A DNA stretch of 64,000 nt from Octopus sinensis (taxonomy: Eukaryota), in NCBI RefSeq assembly GCF_006345805.1, contig NC_043004.1, forward strand, positions 106,020,001-106,084,000, in the 5' to 3' direction. Positions 12,170-24,000 of this stretch are shown piece after piece. Each line of letters begins with the position of its first letter. Positions within the stretch are counted from its first letter, which is position 1. The translations under genes were made by a program, and so were the position numbers. The notes beneath the pieces were generated by a model. It worked only from the letters and a program-made list of their open reading frames with translations. It did no database searches and had not been told where the DNA came from.

Positions 12170-13020
12170 GCAACGGCAGTGGTACAGAAACTGTAGTGAT
12201 GGCGGTGGCATTGGAGGTGCCAGTGGCGGCGGTGGTGGTGGTGGTGGTGGTGGTGGTGGTGGTGGTGGTGGTGGTGGTGGTGGTGGTGGTGGTGGTGGTG
12301 GTGTTTTGGTAGTGGTGTTGATGGTGCTGGTGGTAGCAGGATGGTGATGGTGACGGTGATGGTGTGGTATGACAGGGGTGGTACTATAATAGCGATTATG
12401 GTGGTGGTATAAGTGGTAATATGGTAATGGTGCTTGTAGCTGTTTGGGTAGCAGTATAGCAGAGATAATGGTAGGGATGGTGATATGACAGTATGATTGA
12501 GATGGTAGTGGTTGTGTGGTGGTATGGTTGGTGGTGGTGGTGGTGGTGGTGGTGAGGTGAAGAGGGTGGGAGTTGGGATGGGTGACAGTGATGTGATGGT
12601 AGTGGTGTTAGTGGTATGTGGTCCTAGAGAGTGGAGAATAAGTTGGGTGAAAGCATCACTCTCCCCACCCCAATCTCTCACCTCACATCTACCACCAATG
12701 ACAGATGATAGGCTTCAAGGAGAAACTGAAGTGTGCCAAAACCCAAACAACACTAACAACAACCACAACAGCAGCAGCAGCAGCAGCAGCAGCAGTAGCA
12801 GCAGCAGCAGTAGTAGCAGTTGTAGTGGCAGCACCAACCAACCAACACCATATAAAGTGATGTATACTTCGTGGGTATACAGTAATATGGTGGTGGTAGT
12901 GGCTGTGGTAGTGGTGGTGGTGGTGGTTGCTAGGATGGTGATAACAATGTTAATAGTGGTGCTGGTGATGCTGGTGCTAGTTGTCATGGTAATAAATATG
13001 ATAGTGATGATGATGATGAC
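12170..13020. repeat. Low-complexity (TGG)n/(CAG)n/(GTG)n region
   Basis: Perfect (TGG)n ~12229-12303, (CAG)n ~12769-12815; gives poly-His/Gly/Ser/Leu ORFs. Confidence 0.9.
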
Positions 13021-13139
13021 AAATTGGTAAAGCGGAAGGAAAATAGACAGGCAGGTAGACAGGAAGAAAGTTAGTTAGACAGATATGTATGTATATATAT
13101 ACATATATATAAAATTATTTAAGATATATATTAAGAGAG

Positions 13140-13620
13140 AGGGAGGTAGTGGGAGGGAAGATTGACAGACTGGATTGTCAAACTGCTGGACAAAATGACA
13201 GGTGGTCAGTCAGTCTCTCAAACTGACAGATATATTAATGATGGACAGATACAGGCAAAATGGACAAAATGGACAAAATGACAAGCTGATAGACAGACAA
13301 TGACGAAATGACAGGTGGTCAAAATACAGGTGGACAGTTAAAATCGGGGCCAATGTTGTATGTTATCAGACAGATAAGGACATAGTGGTAGGCTGACGAC
13401 TGGACAAAGTTCAAATGATAACAAACCGACAGACGAAATTGTTGACAAAATAGCAGACTAACTGACAGATAGGGACATAACAGAAAGTTGACAAAAAGAG
13501 ACAGTCAAAATATCAAGTTGACAAGCAGACAGGGAGAGAATGACAAAGGTGGACAGTCAAGAATACAATGTGGTACACATGCACAGACAGACGGACGGAC
13601 AGGCAGACAGACAGGATAAC
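13140..13620. repeat. Degenerate GACA/gacaaaatgaca purine-rich repeat
   Basis: Recurrent gacaaaat, gacagacag and gacaggtgg motifs. Confidence 0.7.
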
Positions 13621-13932
13621 CGTGCAAGTGTTTGTTACCAGCAGTTATGTAATGAAGCTGTATAACTAACTATAGGTATCTGCCCCAGTTATGTGCGTAG
13701 TTTCTATGGTAACAGAGAAGGACACCCACTTGCAACACAATTATAACTATCATTTGTAAAAGCTCTCTCTTTCTCTCTCTCACACACACACACACACACA
13801 CTTTCTGTTCACTTGCTTTCTTTTTCTATCTTCTTCTCTAACTCTGATTTTCTCCCTCAGTCGTACTTATATCCATTCACAACATATCCTTGTACATGTG
13901 TGCTTGTACTATACATACATACACACACACAC

Positions 13933-13975
<43 letters not shown>

Positions 13976-14949
13976 ACATTCACATTCATCACATGTATAT
14001 ACATCAACTCACTCACATAGGTAGACACTCTGCCAGTCATAGAATGTTGTGTGTTGTAATTACTAAGCAGTTAGGGGTGGTTCAATTTCCATGAAATGTA
14101 TTTGTTTACACCCCAACACCCGGCTATTCTGTGGGTGTCGAAAGTATGAGGAAGAAAGAGATTCCACCCTGGACAAACACAACATATTTCTCCAACCCAT
14201 GCTTAATAGAAGATCCTGTGGACATTTAAATCATCAAAGATGATGAGCAAGTGAAGAAGAAGGAGAGGAAGGAGAAGGGAGGAGGGAGGATGACAATGAC
14301 GACAATGATGGCCATCTCTGTTATCATCATCATCATCATCATCATCTTCAGCACCAGCAGTAGCACAATCATCAGACAGCCCTGCATGCTTTCACATTTC
14401 TGCAGATGGATTATGATTTAGGCACAGAGGCACAGACATAGATGTGTAGACAAAAAGTTCACTTTGTAACTGCGTGATTGCAAGTTCAATCTCACTGTGT
14501 GGCACTTTGGACAAACGTCTTCTACAGTAGTTGACAAATAGCTTGTGAGAGGAATCTGGGTGTTGAAAGCTATACCCTAAACAAATACAACAAGATATTC
14601 GGTCCAACATATTTGCATCATCATCATCATCAGCAGCAGCAGCAGCAGCAGTAGCAGCAGTGGCACCACTACCACCACCAGTTCAACATCCTGGGTTAGT
14701 ACATTTTTCGTTGACCCTGAAAAGATGAACAGCAAAGTTGAAACCCACAGAATTTGATCTCATAGAGTAGAGATTTGGCATTTTGCCCAATGCTCTAATG
14801 ACTGTGCCAGTTTGTTACCTGTATAACTGAATGACTAATTAGATGATTTACCGTTTGTATAACTGTATGACTGTATTCAATGACTTGCCAACAAGCCACA
14901 CTGCAAACCTGCAAACAATCTGTTTCTTCTATTTTGCCTCTTCAACTAA

Positions 14950-15790
14950 TAGTGATTTCAAATTTTGGCACAAGTCCAGCAATTATAGGGGATGGATAAG
15001 TTGACTACATCAACCCCGGTGTTCAACTGGTACTCATTTTATCAATTCTGAAAGGATGAAATGCAAAGTCAACTTTGGTAGAATTTGAACTTAGAACGTA
15101 AAAGCAGACACAATGCTGCTAAGCATTTTGCTCTGCATAATAATGATTCTGCCAAAAGGCCCAAAATTTTATGGCGGAGGCCAGTCGATTAGATCAACCC
15201 AATACACAACTGGTACTTAATCTATCGACTCCAAAAGGATAAAAGGCAAAGTCGGCCTCGGTGGAATTTGAACTCAAAACTTAAAGACAGACAAAATACC
15301 TATTTCTTAACTACCCACAAGCGGCTAAACACAGAGAGGACAAACAAGGACAGACAAACAGATTAAATCGATTATATCGACCCCAGTGCATAACTGGTAC
15401 TTATTTAATCAACCCCAAAAGCTGAAAGGCAAAGTCGACCTCGGTGGAATTTGAACTCAGAACATAGCAGCAGACGAAATACCACTAAGCCTTTCACCTG
15501 GTGTGTTAACGTTTCTGCCATCTACTATTACATCATGTAGTGAGCAGAACTGTTAACATGTCGGGCAAAATGCTTTGTGGTATTTCGTCCATCTTTACAT
15601 TCTGTGTTCCAATTCTACCAAGGTTGATTTTGCCTTTTATCCTTTCGGGGTCGATAGATTAAGTACCAGTTCCGTACTGGGGTTGCCTTTCATCCTTTCA
15701 GTGTTGATAAAATGAGTACCAGTTGAGTACTGGGATCAATGTCATCAACTTATGCCTTCCTCAGAAATTGCTGACCTTATAGAAACTGAT
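14950..15790. mobile_element. Cluster of family B SINEs (minus copies 14950-15520; plus copy 15544-15790)
   Basis: ggaatttgaactcagaac (minus) repeated three times, then a plus copy with tatcctttcggggtcgata. Confidence 0.88.
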
Positions 15791-16776
15791 ATTACAAAAG
15801 CTTCTACCCTGTGCCATCTAAAAGCATGAGCACAAGGGATAGTTACCCAGGGGCCTCACAGTCATAAGGGCTAAATTCTGATCTATGTCTATGGTAGTAA
15901 GCCGTCAATAGATGAATACTTTAGGGACTAATATACCTGGTGGCCTAAAATATTGTTAAGAAGGCCCTGTTTCTACCCACTTTATCTTACAGGCTGCATA
16001 TCCTCTTAGCTCAAGCCTTCTTAATACATGTGCCTTCTTTTTTATTGCCCCTACTGTACTTGTCCTTATACACATTCTGCACCTTCCCAGGATGGTAGTT
16101 TTCTCAATTTCCATCTCTGTCCATGTTTTCTCTAAAGATATCAAGCAACAGAAGCTGAAATTAAACATTAACTACACCAATATTTGCCTGAAAAAATGTT
16201 ATGGATACTTACTTCAATCGTTTTTGTTAAATAGTTTTAAAATATAATTTGAACTCACCTGTTTAAGATTTAAAAATTAGGTTGCATCTGAATTGTTTTG
16301 GCTTAACTATACATGTATCTGCATCTATATTTCCATACATTTAGCAGTAGATTCTGTGTTGATGTTTGACTGAAGAAGACCCCAGGATATACTGTCATAA
16401 AAAAAAAATTTACATCTACTTTTCATGCTGCATATGTTGGATGGATCTTTTCTAGAGTTATCTCCCTCTAATTTTTAGCATGGGTTTTATAACTGGATGC
16501 CTCTCCTAACACCATCCATTTTACAAAGTTTACTAGATGCATTTTACCATGGAACCAATATATAATCTGTGTGTATGTGTATGTGAGCAAAATTAAGAGT
16601 TCATATTCTTACAGTGATGTATTTCAAACAAAGATATTTCTGTAAGAATTTCAGCTTTTAATTTTCGTTTTTTCCTTTAAATTCAACTAGCTTTATAATC
16701 TAATATTGCATTCTTTAAATGAAGACAGGTGTTTACAATCGGTATATTGTAGGCAAATATATGTGCGAGTATGTAT

Positions 16777-16814
<38 letters not shown>

Positions 16815-16822
<8 letters not shown>

Positions 16823-16975
16823 ACAAAGTTACCCATGTGTGTTTTCAAATATATGTATATTTGTGCATATGTGTATGTGTGTGTTTACAAAGTTACCCAT
16901 ATGTGTTTGCATATATATGTATATTTGTGTGTGTGTATGTATGTGTGTATTTACAAAGTTACCCGTATGTTTTGT
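16815..16975. repeat. 64-66-bp minisatellite, about 2.5 copies
   Basis: ttacaaagttaccc at 16821, 16885 and 16951. Confidence 0.9.
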
Positions 16976-16989
16976 GTGGGTGGTGCATA

Positions 16990-17432
16990 CATATCATCAT
17001 CATTGTTTTATTGGCCACATTTCCATACTGGCATGGGTAGGACAGAGTTTATTAAAGCAGATTCCCTACAGTTGAACCCCCTTCCTGTTACCTGTTTCCA
17101 GGCAGGGTAATACTTCCGTGGACAAATGCTTTTAAAGAATATTTAAAAGGAATTATATTGCTTGTTTAACAGTGACCCTCGTTTATAACAACCATTTAAT
17201 GTCAACACAAGGAGACTAAAACACACATGCACACATACACACACATGTATATACACCCACACTCACACACACATTGGGCTTCTTTCAGTTTCTGTCTGCT
17301 AAATCCACTCACAAGGCTTTGGTTGGTCTGGAGTTGCAGTAGGAAAAACACCAACTGTGTTATGCAGTGGAACTGAACCCAAAACCATGTGATTGGGAAG
17401 TGAACTTCTTAACCATAGAGCCACACCTGTGC
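16990..17432 (-). mobile_element. Family A head joined to RTE-type tail
   Basis: Reverse complement matches the 58873-59295 chimera. Confidence 0.7.
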
Positions 17433-17452
17433 ACTGATAATGATGCTGATAC

Positions 17453-17845
17453 TGAGTGGCTGTGTGGTCAGTAACTTGCTTATTAACCACATGAGTCTGG
17501 GTTCAGTCCCACTACATGGTACCTTGGGCAAGTATCTTCTACTATAGCCTCAGGCTGACCAAAGCCTTGTGAATAGATTTGGTGGATGGAATCTGAAAGA
17601 AGCCCATCATATATATATATATATATATACATATATATGCTTATGTTTGTGTGTCAGTGTTTGTCCCCCCATCATCACTTGACAACTGATGTTGGTGTGT
17701 TTACGTCCCCATAACTTAGTGGTTTGGCAACAGAGACCGATAGAATAAGTACTAGGCTTACAAAGAATAAGTCCTGGAGTCGATTTGCTTGACTAAAGGC
17801 GGTGCTCTAGCATAGCCGCAGTCAAATGACCGAAACAAATAAAAG
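17453..17845 (+). mobile_element. SINE family A, full length
   Basis: gagtggctgtgtgg...gggttcagtccc...gcagtcaaatgaccgaaacaaataaaag. Confidence 0.9.
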
Positions 17846-18146
17846 TGTGTGTGTGTGTGTGCACGCGCACATGTGTGTGTGTGCACGCGCACATGTGTGT
17901 GTGTGCACGCGCACATGTGTGTGTGTTTATCCTCCCTTCACTGAGTGACAATTGGTGTTGGTGAGTCTACCTTACCCTTAACTTAGCAGTTCAGTAAAAG
18001 AGACAAATAAAATAAGAACCAGGTTTAAAAGAAAAATATATTCTGAGGTCAATTTGTTCGTCTAAAATTCTCCAAGGTGGTGCCACAGCATGGCCGCACT
18101 CTAAAGACTGAAAGAAGTAAAAATATAAGATATTTATAAGTAAGTG

Positions 18147-18192
<46 letters not shown>

Positions 18193-18232
18193 CATTGTGT
18201 AAGATGACACTATAGTTTTTATGCCATATATG

Positions 18233-18266
<34 letters not shown>

Positions 18267-18292
18267 CGTAGAGATGGATGGGTGGATACACA

Positions 18293-18632
18293 CACAATCG
18301 TTTTCTTTGGTGTGAAGGAAAGAATCAGCTCTTTTGATGTTCTGTAAAGGAAATGTCGAGAACCATTGATAGTGCAGGAATACATGGTCAGAGGAGGTTA
18401 AGCATATGATCAACGGTGAAGCATCAAAAGACCGGCCAACTCCAAAAGGAGACCACTTTACTAGTTTTGATGTCTTATTGATTTTTGGCTAAAGTTTTTG
18501 TAACTGTTTCATTAGAGCAATATCAGCTTTTGCGTTTTCTGATATCTGCTGCAAAGCTATTTTGTTACTCCATTGCTCTTGGTCAGATGTGAACAACAAT
18601 TTCCAAAATAAGACATAATTAGTCAATTCGTG
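18293..18632 (-). pseudogene. Coding-like frame interrupted by one TAG (18491-18489), with WSPxG motif; exon or pseudo-exon
   Basis: ...SDQEQWSNKIALQQISENAKADIALMKQLQKL*PKINKTSKLVKWSPFGVGRSFDASPLIICLTSSDHVFLHYQW... in one frame through unique sequence. Confidence 0.25.
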
Positions 18633-19640
18633 TTAGATAACTTCTACTTAATAATCCTTTCTACTATAAACATAAGATCTGAAATTTAGTGTCGGGTATA
18701 GGCTGGGCAAGTACATCAACCCTATTACTCAAATGGTATTTATTTTATTGACCCCAAAAGGGATGAAAGGCAAAGTGAGCAAAGATTGTAAGAAAGGTCC
18801 TTGTTGTCTAATGAACCTGGTTGTGGCCCAGTATTAAGGACATTGATTCTGAATGTAAAACATCCATGCATACCATGAATAGTAATAATAATAATAATAA
18901 TAATAATCCTTTCTACTATAGGTCTATATTATCAACCCTGAAAGGAAGGGTTTCAAATTTTAGCACAAAACCAGCAATTTTTAGGGGGTGAATAAAACAA
19001 TTACATTAACCTCAGTATTCAAGTGGTACTGAAAAGATGAAAAGCAAAGTCAATCTTGGCAGTATTTGAACTCAGAATGTAAAGAGCTGGAAAAAAATGT
19101 TGCTAAGCATTTTGTCCAATGCATTAACAGTTCAGCAAACTCATCACTTTCATGATAATAATAATAATAACAATAATATGTCTGTGTGTATATGTATCTA
19201 CAAATGATTTGTGTATGTATATGCATGTGTATATTCTTGTATGAATATGTTTATGTATGATGTCTTTTTGACAACTTGATTAGTGCTTACTTTGTGTATG
19301 TGTCAAGAAAAGCATATGCATCCGTTCACAAATGGATGCATTTTTATATATAAATGTATGCACGCACACACACACATGCACCCCCCCCCCCCCCACATAT
19401 ACAGACGATCGTAGCCGTGTGAATGTGTGCATAGGTGCACATTGAGAGAGAAAGAGCAGCAAAATGCTACTTAAAGATTTAGGTCATTATAATTATAGAA
19501 TTAAGTAAAAGAAAATGTGTAAAAACAAGTTATTTGATGTCCTTTGAGTCTCTGTACACATGCTCTGTGTTGTGTGTGTGTGTGTGTGTGTTGTGTGAGT
19601 CTGTCTATCTGTCTGTCTCTCTGTCTCTGTTTCTTTATCT

Positions 19641-19677
<37 letters not shown>

Positions 19678-19714
19678 TACACACACACAGATTAAGAAAT
19701 AGAAAAACAGAACT

Positions 19715-19948
19715 TTAACCCCAAAGCTTTTAGGCAGGCCATATCTTTCCAAAATATTCTCCCTGTTTTATGTTCAAAACAGCCAGATCCAACCCCTCAC
19801 ACCTACCCTACAATGTTCTTCTAGAAATAAACAATCACTTCATCAAAAGCTCGAAGCTATGTGATAAAGCATGATTAATGCAAGACAATGTGAATAAATA
19901 AGCATTACATTCGACAGAGTAATCTGAACGTGAATGCTAAAGGGTGAA
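19715..19948. mobile_element. TTAA-associated (piggyBac-like) MITE, degenerate
   Basis: ttaacccc...aatgctaaagggtgaa; interior shared with the 39381 and 51912 copies. Confidence 0.75.
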
Positions 19949-20901
19949 ATAGATAAGGAAGCCCTTAATCCCCAAAAGATGAAGTTCTTGTTTGAATGTT
20001 AATAATAAATATGTTTTTCATAAAGGTATTTCATTTACAATTTTGTAAATATACTTTTAGAAATAAAGAGGGTCTTAGAAAGTACAGAGTCAGCTCTGTT
20101 GTGAATAACCTACTTCACTGTTTATGTTAACTGCTTGTTATTCTTTGGGTTTAAAGTTAAAAACTTTAGGGCCACTACATAGTTGTATAAATAGATTACT
20201 AAACGGATGAATAATAATTAGTACCAGGAGTAACAGATATACAGCTACACAGTAACAAAAGAGATACAGAGACACATAGACTAGGTTTAATTATGCAGAA
20301 CTTATATGTATGTATATATGTGCATATATATATATATCTGTATATATATATGTGTGTGTGTGTGCTGTTTCAGTAAGTTGTGTATAGTAATTAGAGCCTA
20401 AATAACAGGCAAATAATTGAGTAAATAAATAATGAAAGAAGGTTCCAGCAAGCTGGTGACGCCAGAGCAGCAAATGTGGGCAGAAACACACCTCTTGGTC
20501 TGCATCAGAGAAAGGAATGCAGTGAAGGTGGAGCAAGTGAAGAAGAGGAAGCAGCGCATTCCTTCTATTTCGTTTCACTGAGAGAAGGAAAGAAAAAAAA
20601 GAAATAACACACACACACACACACACACTGTTGCTTGTTGTAGTCTGTTTCCCTTATTTTCTCTCTCTCTTCAAACTTGTATCTCAAACCTCCGGATAAC
20701 CTGTTATTTCCTTTTCTTTTTTTTTTTTAAGATAAGTAAATTTTTGTTTTTGGAAAATTATTACATTTTGACATCGAAAGAAAAAAAAGAAAGAAAGAAA
20801 GAAAGAAAGAAAGAATCTGTGTGTAAAATACTTCAGAACTTGTCATTCTTCAAGGGAAGCATCATTGTCTCTTTATGTGTCTTTCTCTGCTACAGTAACA
20901 A

Positions 20902-20952
20902 ATGTTGACATCAAACAAAATGGAAATTACCATTCAGGTTAACGGCAAAAAG
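20902..20952 (+). CDS. Candidate first coding exon MLTSNKMEITIQVNGKK (exon 20896-20952)
   Basis: Acceptor tgtgtctttctctgctacag at 20895; strong donor AAG|gtaagg at 20953; only one frame open to the donor, with ATGs at 20902 and 20920. Confidence 0.5.
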
Positions 20953-21063
20953 GTAAGGTCACTGGTTTATTTGAATAACGGTGGTGGTGGTGGCAGCTCT
21001 GCTATTTAATGGCAGTGGTGGTGGCCTTTTGATTTCGGTCTCGGTCTTAGTCAGTCGACTTAC

Positions 21064-21098
21064 CAGTTCTTCACACCCGGTTCTCTTACTTCTGCATT
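21064..21098 (-). CDS. Candidate 35-nt exon (xCRSKRTGCEEL or NAEVREPGVKN)
   Basis: Acceptor attaattaattaatacag; consensus donor CTG|gtaagt; unique CpG-containing sequence. Confidence 0.3.
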
Positions 21099-21184
21099 CT
21101 GTATTAATTAATTAATCGGCTAATTCTAACACAAATCAATTCACAATATTGCCAGCATAATCTTTACACATTTCATATCCATCA

Positions 21185-21470
21185 TGCTTATATTTCATGA
21201 TTTTATTTAATGCTTATAAATAGTTTATATTTCATGTATATATTTAATGCTTATTAGAGTTTATATTTCATAACTAGATTTACAGCTTACAAACAATTAC
21301 ATTTCATGGTTATATTTAACGCTTCTAAGAGTTTATATTTCATGGATACATTTAATGTTTACTAAGAGTTTATATTTCATGGCTATTTGATGCTTATAAA
21401 CATGGTTATCTTTCATGGTTATATTTAATGCTTATCAAGAGTTGATATTTCATGCTTATTAAATGGGTAT
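21185..21470. repeat. ~36-bp AT-rich minisatellite, about 8 copies
   Basis: Unit approximately tatatttaatgcttataagagtttatatttcatggt. Confidence 0.85.
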
Positions 21471-22422
21471 CTGTCAGAATCATATTTTTATGTTTTAAAT
21501 AATATTAATCTTATAAATGATTATTTGTTGGGATTATATTTTTATTCTTTTATGTAATATTAATCTAATGAGTAAATGAAAATACACTCCTGGTAAGTAG
21601 TGGTCACATCTTGGTTTCAAATCTCGAGGGAAGACAGTCCATGTCACTTTCATGGTTGAAAATTAACAAAAGTCAATACTTCAACTTTTCTGAAATGTAG
21701 GGCCTTGTGCCCTGTGGAAAAAGACAATCTCATATTTTGTTTTACACATAAACATGTTTTCAACTTCTCCTTTCAACTAACTCCCTAATGTACATACATG
21801 GGTAAGTACACGTATATATTTACAAATTTGTATGAATAGTAAACATTGACATATGCACATACTCACATTTGAGATGTGTTTGTGTATGATTATGTATGTA
21901 TGTGTGTGTGTATATGTATGTATATATATATATATATATATAATATATATATATACTAATACACACCAAATACAATATATATATATATATATACACATAA
22001 ATACATATATATATATGTATATATACAAAATGAGAAAATGGAGAAATATAACTAAATCATATATATATAAATATATATATATATACATACATATATGTCT
22101 ACATACATACACACATATATATACCTACATAAATACATATATATACATATATATGTATGCATGATTATACATACATATATATATGTATGTATTATATAAA
22201 TGTATATATATCAGCATCATCATCATTTAACGTCTGCCTTCCATGCTAGCATGGTATGTATATGTAGGTGTGTGTGTGCATATACATATACACATACAAA
22301 TATGCATGCATATACATATATACACTCATGCATATATGTGTGTATACAAATATATGTATATGGAGCAAGGCCACAGTAAAATGACTGAAACAAGTGGATG
22401 AATTAAAGAACACATATATGTA

Positions 22423-22457
<35 letters not shown>

Positions 22458-22486
22458 GTGTGTGTATATATATATATGTATATATG

Positions 22487-22532
<46 letters not shown>

Positions 22533-22536
22533 TGTA

Positions 22537-22680
22537 TCTTTCTGTTGAAGAGCGTAGGCTCGAAACGTTAAAGACTTGTTTTATTTATATTTCCTGAGCG
22601 CCATACTAATACAATTGTTCGTTTGTTTTCCACCTGCCTTCGTCTTTTGTTTATTTTCATAAAGCTTCCCGTTATATATA
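22537..22680 (+). mobile_element. Penelope-like terminal fragment with variant hammerhead motif
   Basis: TCTTT-CTGTTGA-A-GAGC(gtag)GCTC-GAAA-CGTT-AAAGA; lies between (TA)n tracts; paralogue at 32300. Confidence 0.6.
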
Positions 22681-23191
22681 TATATATATATCATATATTG
22701 TATATATATATATATGTGTATATATATATGTATATATATATATATATATGTATTATATATATATATATATATGTATATATATGTATATATATATATATAT
22801 GTATATATATGTATATATATATGTATATATATGTATATATATATATGTATATATATGTATATATATATGTATATATATGTACTTATATATATGTATATAT
22901 ATACATATATGTATATGTATATATATGTATATGTATAATATTATATGTATATATGTATATATATGTTATATATGTATATATGTATATATATATAATATAT
23001 ATATATATATGTATATATGTTGTTATATTTCGGAATGGTCATATTGCCAGTTTAGCCAATAAAATATTGCACAACAAATATTTAAACGTACTATGTATAT
23101 ATGTATATATGTATATATATATATGTTATATGTATATATATATATGTTATATATGTATATGTATATATATGTATATATATGTATATATATG

Positions 23192-23223
<32 letters not shown>

Positions 23224-23241
23224 TATATCTTATATATATAT

Positions 23242-23292
<51 letters not shown>

Positions 23293-23315
23293 GTATATAT
23301 ATATATATATATATA
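22670..23315. repeat. Compound (TA)n/(TATATATG)n microsatellite
   Basis: Direct reading; source of the YI/IY ORFs. Confidence 0.95.
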
Positions 23316-23459
23316 TGAGTGGGCCATAGTGCCCAAATTCTGACTTGAAGACTTCACCAGGTGGTGCTATTAAGTTAGACATGGCCTGGGCCAATAATGG
23401 CCGAAACCTATCAAAGTATCAAAGTATCAAAGTATATGTATATATTATATAATATATAT

Positions 23460-23495
<36 letters not shown>

Positions 23496-23519
23496 GATTC
23501 CTGGAATGGAAACGCACTC

Positions 23520-23802
23520 TTTTTGCCGATGCCAGCGCCACCTTGACTGGCTTCCGTGCCGGTGGCACGTTAAAAGCACCAACTGATCGTGGCCGATGCC
23601 AGACTCTCCTGGCACGTAAAATGCACCCACTACACTTGCGGAGTGGTTGGCATTAGGAAGGGCATCCAGCTGTAGAAATACTGCCAGATCAGACTGGATC
23701 CTGGTGCAGCCCCTGGCTTCCCAGACCCCGGTCGAACTGTTCAACCCGTGCTAGCGCGGAAAACGGACATTAAACGATGATGATGATGATGATGATGATG
23801 AT
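23520..23802 (+). mobile_element. RTE-tailed VNTR SINE, about 2 units
   Basis: gtgccggtggcacgttaaaagcacc...aacccgtgctagcgcggaaaacggacattaaacgatgatg; 3' part nearly identical to the 43722 copy. Confidence 0.88.
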
Positions 23803-24000
23803 ATATATATAAATTTGTGTGTGTGTGCTTGAAGTTAACTTATGTCCAAACAGTTTCCAAACATAAATGCTGATGGTACTTCATAAAGAGGAGCAACAAT
23901 AGGGAATGTAGTCACCTGGGCTGTTGCAGAATTGTGACTGTCACTGCCCCTGTGTTACATCTACCTTAAGCCATCACAAGCATGCAACCTGTGGCAGTGG

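Noticed and set aside
12151-13030. 176-aa poly-His and 172-aa poly-Gly/Ser/Val ORFs
   Set aside because: Triplet repeats lack stops; no splice or homology support.
22623-23357. Long YI/IY ORFs (likewise 30041-30579, 34306-34588, 46202-46733, 47963-48715)
   Set aside because: Translations of TA, GTAT and CA microsatellites.
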